Shown: positions 60,414-64,000 of the stretch, piece after piece
Layout of the letters: every line of letters begins with the position of its first letter
How positions within the stretch are numbered: the first letter of the stretch is position 1
Assembly (NCBI GenBank): GCA_019056785.1
Contig: DXJV01000068.1
Span: 1-64,000, forward strand
Source: Candidatus Heimdallarchaeota archaeon
GTDB lineage: Archaea > Asgardarchaeota > Heimdallarchaeia > JABLTI01
Direction: 5' to 3'
DNA: 64,000 bases
The notes under the pieces: generated by a model
Seen by the model: the letters and a program-made list of their open reading frames with translations, nothing else
Told to the model about the DNA's origin: nothing
The model's database searches: none
Position numbers and translations under genes: made by a program

Positions 60414-63122
60414 ATGGAGTTTATTTATAGATTATTTGCACGTAGAAAATATCTACTGAGGAGTTTCTTTATTATAAGTTTGCTTGTGTTTGCCTCATTA
60501 ACTGTTACATTCTTACCCCAAATAGTTAACCCACATATCCTTAGAAAATACTTAAATGATTTTGTTGTTGGGCATTCAACTGTAGCTCAAAACACCACGA
60601 CAGCAGACTATGACTTTAGATTTTTGATCCATTCAAACACACCTTCTTTTCTCAATAATATGAACAGCATCGCTGAAAAGGTTTCACAAAAGGTTTATGG
60701 CATGTATCAGGTTGATGAAATAATTTTCTTCACATATTTTTCATTAGCAATTCTTAATATTTCGAATTCTGATTCTTTCTTAATTGGTGTTTCAACAGAA
60801 TTTTATCAAGCACTCACCAACTCTTGTTTATATCCTCATACTCCCGGCGCCATTTTGCTTTCACAATTTCAGAATGATTCACTTGGTACTTATCAGGTAT
60901 CACTTCTTGGGATAGATGCCACACTCAATGTTACAAATAAGATTCTAGCAAGTAACTTTACTACTGCGTTCCCTAATTTTGAGCACTTTCTTCGTGATTA
61001 TTTGCTGTCCATGCGATTACCAGATCGACTTTTTTTTATGCCAATTAACGAATTGATAATACAATATGATATACTTATACAAAGTATTTGCAGCACTTGT
61101 TATTCTCTGCAAGGATATATCCTTTTCACCCAGAATCAGAAAGACATTATTTGCTGGTCAAGGGATTCTTTAAAGATGGTTAAGCAATTTGAAACCTTAT
61201 TTATGAATGAACTCAAAGTAGTTAGTACTATTACTTTTTTTTCCATGAGCCATAACGTTTACATCGAAGAGAATATCATCTCAAAAACTGCTTATGCTTT
61301 TATCAGCACAATTCAGTTGATAGTTTGGACTATCTCAATTATTTTATGTTTGCTAACGATAAAGAAACTTCAGAGTTGTAATTTCAAACATGAACTTCGA
61401 ATATTGTTCGCCGGCAAACGTTGGCATCAACGCCTTTCATATCACCTCCTAGAAAGCTTGATGCTAAGCTTCGCTAGTGTTCTTGTTGCTTCTGCTTTTC
61501 TTTTCCCTTTTCTAAAAGCTCTAATGCTTTTTCAAATGTCTTTTTCTTTTTCGACTACGTTCCTGCTTCATCTCTGTCTGATTCATACTTTTGTTTTCTT
61601 TAGTATATTCAGTGTTTTCATAGATTTTGAGTTCTTTTTACATAGGAATATAGAACATTATTCTGAAAAAATCGAATATCGACTCTTTGCTAAAATTCCT
61701 AGGCCAATTAAGTGGTTGATCCCTTTCATAGCTGTGCTAATTTTTTGGTCCATCCGAACAGACTGCCTTGCTTTGCTTATGTATGTGTCCTTTGTAGTTA
61801 TTTCCTTCTTTGTAGGTTTACTGACTGCCTTGTTTGCGCGGATAATGCTATCTCTTGGGATGCGACATTATTATAAAAAGAAGGAACGTTTGGATAATCC
61901 ACTTAGCTCAAAATTTATCTTATTAAAGCTTTGGCACAAACGTTTGAAAACTAAGCTATTTACTCATACTTTTGTTTTGGTATTAGTTTGTTCGGCTTTT
62001 CTCTTCATGAATTATTCCGCAGATGCAAAACGAAGTGAATATTTATGGTGGATGGGGGCGGAAATAGGGGTTAATGTTCCCGCAGAAAATACTTCTGCCA
62101 TAACTAATGCTTTGGATGGCATCCCCAAAATAATCGATTTTACCCCGAAAATTATTTTCAACCGATACTCTAAAGGAGATGAAGTTTTTAGTTATAGATT
62201 TAATGGGTCGACAATAATAGAAGTTAGCAGCAGCTACATGGGGGAACGCATTGATGGAATAGTTGGGCTTAATTTTTCGGATTATTTTCAATTTTATAAT
62301 GATTGGAATAAAAAAGGGTGGTTGAAGGATGGTGAGCTAAAAGGATTTGATGAACAGACAATTTTTGTTTCTCAAGCAATTCATGCTATGGGGATTAAGG
62401 TTGGTGACACTGTTTCCTTTTATAACAGCTCCTATAATTTTACCGTCAAGGGGATAATAGGCGCCTGGCCTTCAATAACAGATCAATATGGAACAATAAG
62501 CTCGTCTAAGCAACTCTTTATTATTGACTTGGGTTTTCTTCAAGGATTTCTAAAGGCGAGTAACATATCCTACAACATTCATTATAAGGTCCATACTGCT
62601 GAGAGAGACATTCAGACTGTGGTGGATATTTTATCTGGAATTACCACTATATCAATTAATGAGTTGGAATATTTAAATTTGGAAGTGTTTGTAGGGATAC
62701 GAAAGATCTTCTTAAATCCGATGATTATTTTAGCTCAATTATTGCTCTTTTTATGGGGTGGTTTATTCCTATATGAGAATTTTGAACGGGATACTTTAAA
62801 CTCAAAAATTAAACAATTAGGCATTATTGCCCTCATAAAAGACAATAAACGCCCTCTTTCTTGGTATCTGTTTTTCGAAGGAAGTTTACTTTACCTTGCC
62901 TTCTTTTTTGTTTTTGTAGTGATGTTTGCGATTACCTTTAGCTTCTTGCAAGGCTTTGGTGTGCTTTATAATATGAAAACGATTGTAATTTCCCGCTATA
63001 CTATCTACAATTCGATTTTCTTGCTCATCTATTATCTTGGGTTGTTAATTTTTCAACCTTTGATTGAATATCGCAAATTAAAAGAGCTAAATCTAAGCTT
63101 GCTATATCGACATTCGGAATAG
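60414..63122 (+). CDS. FtsX/MacB-like ABC permease (two-repeat, highly diverged)
   Basis: Two halves of extracellular domain plus TM bundle; KHELRILFAG; GAEI; GIKVGDTVSF..FTVKGII..WP (MacB periplasmic-like); directly before LolD-type ATPases. Confidence 0.8.
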   Translation: MEFIYRLFARRKYLLRSFFIISLLVFASLTVTFLPQIVNPHILRKYLNDFVVGHSTVAQNTTTADYDFRFLIHSNTPSFLNNMNSIAEKVSQKVYGMYQVDEIIFFTYFSLAILNISNSDSFLIGVSTEFYQALTNSCLYPHTPGAILLSQFQNDSLGTYQVSLLGIDATLNVTNKILASNFTTAFPNFEHFLRDYLLSMRLPDRLFFMPINELIIQYDILIQSICSTCYSLQGYILFTQNQKDIICWSRDSLKMVKQFETLFMNELKVVSTITFFSMSHNVYIEENIISKTAYAFISTIQLIVWTISIILCLLTIKKLQSCNFKHELRILFAGKRWHQRLSYHLLESLMLSFASVLVASAFLFPFLKALMLFQMSFSFSTTFLLHLCLIHTFVFFSIFSVFIDFEFFLHRNIEHYSEKIEYRLFAKIPRPIKWLIPFIAVLIFWSIRTDCLALLMYVSFVVISFFVGLLTALFARIMLSLGMRHYYKKKERLDNPLSSKFILLKLWHKRLKTKLFTHTFVLVLVCSAFLFMNYSADAKRSEYLWWMGAEIGVNVPAENTSAITNALDGIPKIIDFTPKIIFNRYSKGDEVFSYRFNGSTIIEVSSSYMGERIDGIVGLNFSDYFQFYNDWNKKGWLKDGELKGFDEQTIFVSQAIHAMGIKVGDTVSFYNSSYNFTVKGIIGAWPSITDQYGTISSSKQLFIIDLGFLQGFLKASNISYNIHYKVHTAERDIQTVVDILSGITTISINELEYLNLEVFVGIRKIFLNPMIILAQLLLFLWGGLFLYENFERDTLNSKIKQLGIIALIKDNKRPLSWYLFFEGSLLYLAFFFVFVVMFAITFSFLQGFGVLYNMKTIVISRYTIYNSIFLLIYYLGLLIFQPLIEYRKLKELNLSLLYRHSE

Positions 63123-63123
63123 G

Positions 63124-63834
63124 ATGGTGGAAAAAATTACAGAAGAAAAAACACTTGTCGTACATGATTTGACTAAAATCTTTGCCCATCCATCAAAAAA
63201 AGACACCAATTTTTCTCTTTTTGCAGGTGCTTCTTTTAGAATGACCAATAATGCCCCCAATTTCTTATTGGGGGTTTCAGGTTCAGGGAAAACTACATTA
63301 CTTCGAATTCTCTCGTCGCTTGAGCCCATTAATGCGGGGGAGTTATTCTTGAATGAGATTGCCATTCATCTTCTCAGGGGAAAGGAAAAAACTGCCTTTT
63401 TACGGAACCTTGGAACTATGGATCAATTTCCGGCAAATAATCTTGCGTTGTCTCTTTCTGTCAGGCAAAATTTAGATTATACACTGACCCTTTATACCTC
63501 TTTAACACGAGAAGAACGGCAAAAACGAATTAAAGAATTCATTTCTCTCGTAGGGTTAGAACGACATCTCGAACGGCGCACTTTAGTTCTTTCAGGGGGA
63601 GAGCTCCGCCGTTTGGCTTTACTTTGTAGTTTAATCTATGAGCCTGAGTTGCTCTTATGCGATGAGCCGACCTCGCAACTAGATCATAACAATAAGCAGC
63701 TGGTTATTCGGTGCATTGAAGAACTTCAGTCTATTTCTAACGCGTTAATAGTGATTGCTACTCACGACCGGACAATTAGTAATAAAAATCCAACCTATGA
63801 GATAATTGATAGGAGGATACAAAAATGTCAGTAG
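63124..63834 (+). CDS. LolD/MacB-type ABC ATPase
   Basis: [28 protein letters not shown]. Confidence 0.9.
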   Translation: MVEKITEEKTLVVHDLTKIFAHPSKKDTNFSLFAGASFRMTNNAPNFLLGVSGSGKTTLLRILSSLEPINAGELFLNEIAIHLLRGKEKTAFLRNLGTMDQFPANNLALSLSVRQNLDYTLTLYTSLTREERQKRIKEFISLVGLERHLERRTLVLSGGELRRLALLCSLIYEPELLLCDEPTSQLDHNNKQLVIRCIEELQSISNALIVIATHDRTISNKNPTYEIIDRRIQKCQ

Positions 63835-64000
63835 TTTCATTAAAGAATATTACTTATAGTGTAGAAGACAAGCATTCAAAAGAATTGATATCTATCTTGG
63901 AAGACGTTAATTTACAAGTAGCGGTTGGAGAATTCCATTTGATAACAGGCCCTTCAGGTTCAGGAAAAACCACTCTGTTACAAATCATTGCCACTATTCT
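63825..64000 (+). CDS. Second ABC ATPase, truncated by the window end (not in the ORF track)
   Basis: SD AGGAGG at 63811-63816; ATG at 63825: [12 protein letters not shown]...[32 protein letters not shown]. Confidence 0.85.
   Translation, partial: MSVVSLKNITYSVEDKHSKELISILEDVNLQVAVGEFHLITGPSGSGKTTLLQIIATI

Overview
Archaeal chromosomal segment, most likely from an Asgard archaeon (inferred from a Rab-like GTPase with RabF motifs, a Sec23/24-type zinc-finger/vWA protein, membrane-bound LonB, short archaeal PurA, Nre, and an intron-containing tRNA). Core genes include porG-D-A-B, lonB, purA, rtcB, amrS, nre, zupT, a GH57 alpha-galactosidase plus MFS, an ABC-2 exporter, tRNA-Arg(UCU) and a ~9 kb phosphate cluster (Pit + two DUF47-like genes; pstB-pstB-phoU-pstS-pstC-pstA). 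The most striking signal is two AT-rich cassettes (42.5-49.4 kb on the minus strand; 59.7-64 kb on the plus strand). Each encodes a ~180-aa secreted protein, a ~900-975-aa FtsX-like permease and two LolD-type ATPase domains. The proteins are highly diverged, but each cassette is preceded by the same ~85-bp non-coding element (~90% identical, with a TTTTACGTAAAA palindrome), and the two copies face outward as an inverted pair. I interpret this as a candidate co-regulated secreted effector/immunity-export system. Other notable items are a CO dehydrogenase remnant with an in-frame deletion of its catalytic core, a 9-repeat Trp-rich surface protein, a secreted permuted-papain enzyme, and at least 40 CTCGAG sites. 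Several genes are broken only by 1-bp indels in base runs, which suggests sequencing or consensus errors. All calls come from reading motifs by eye; no searches were run.
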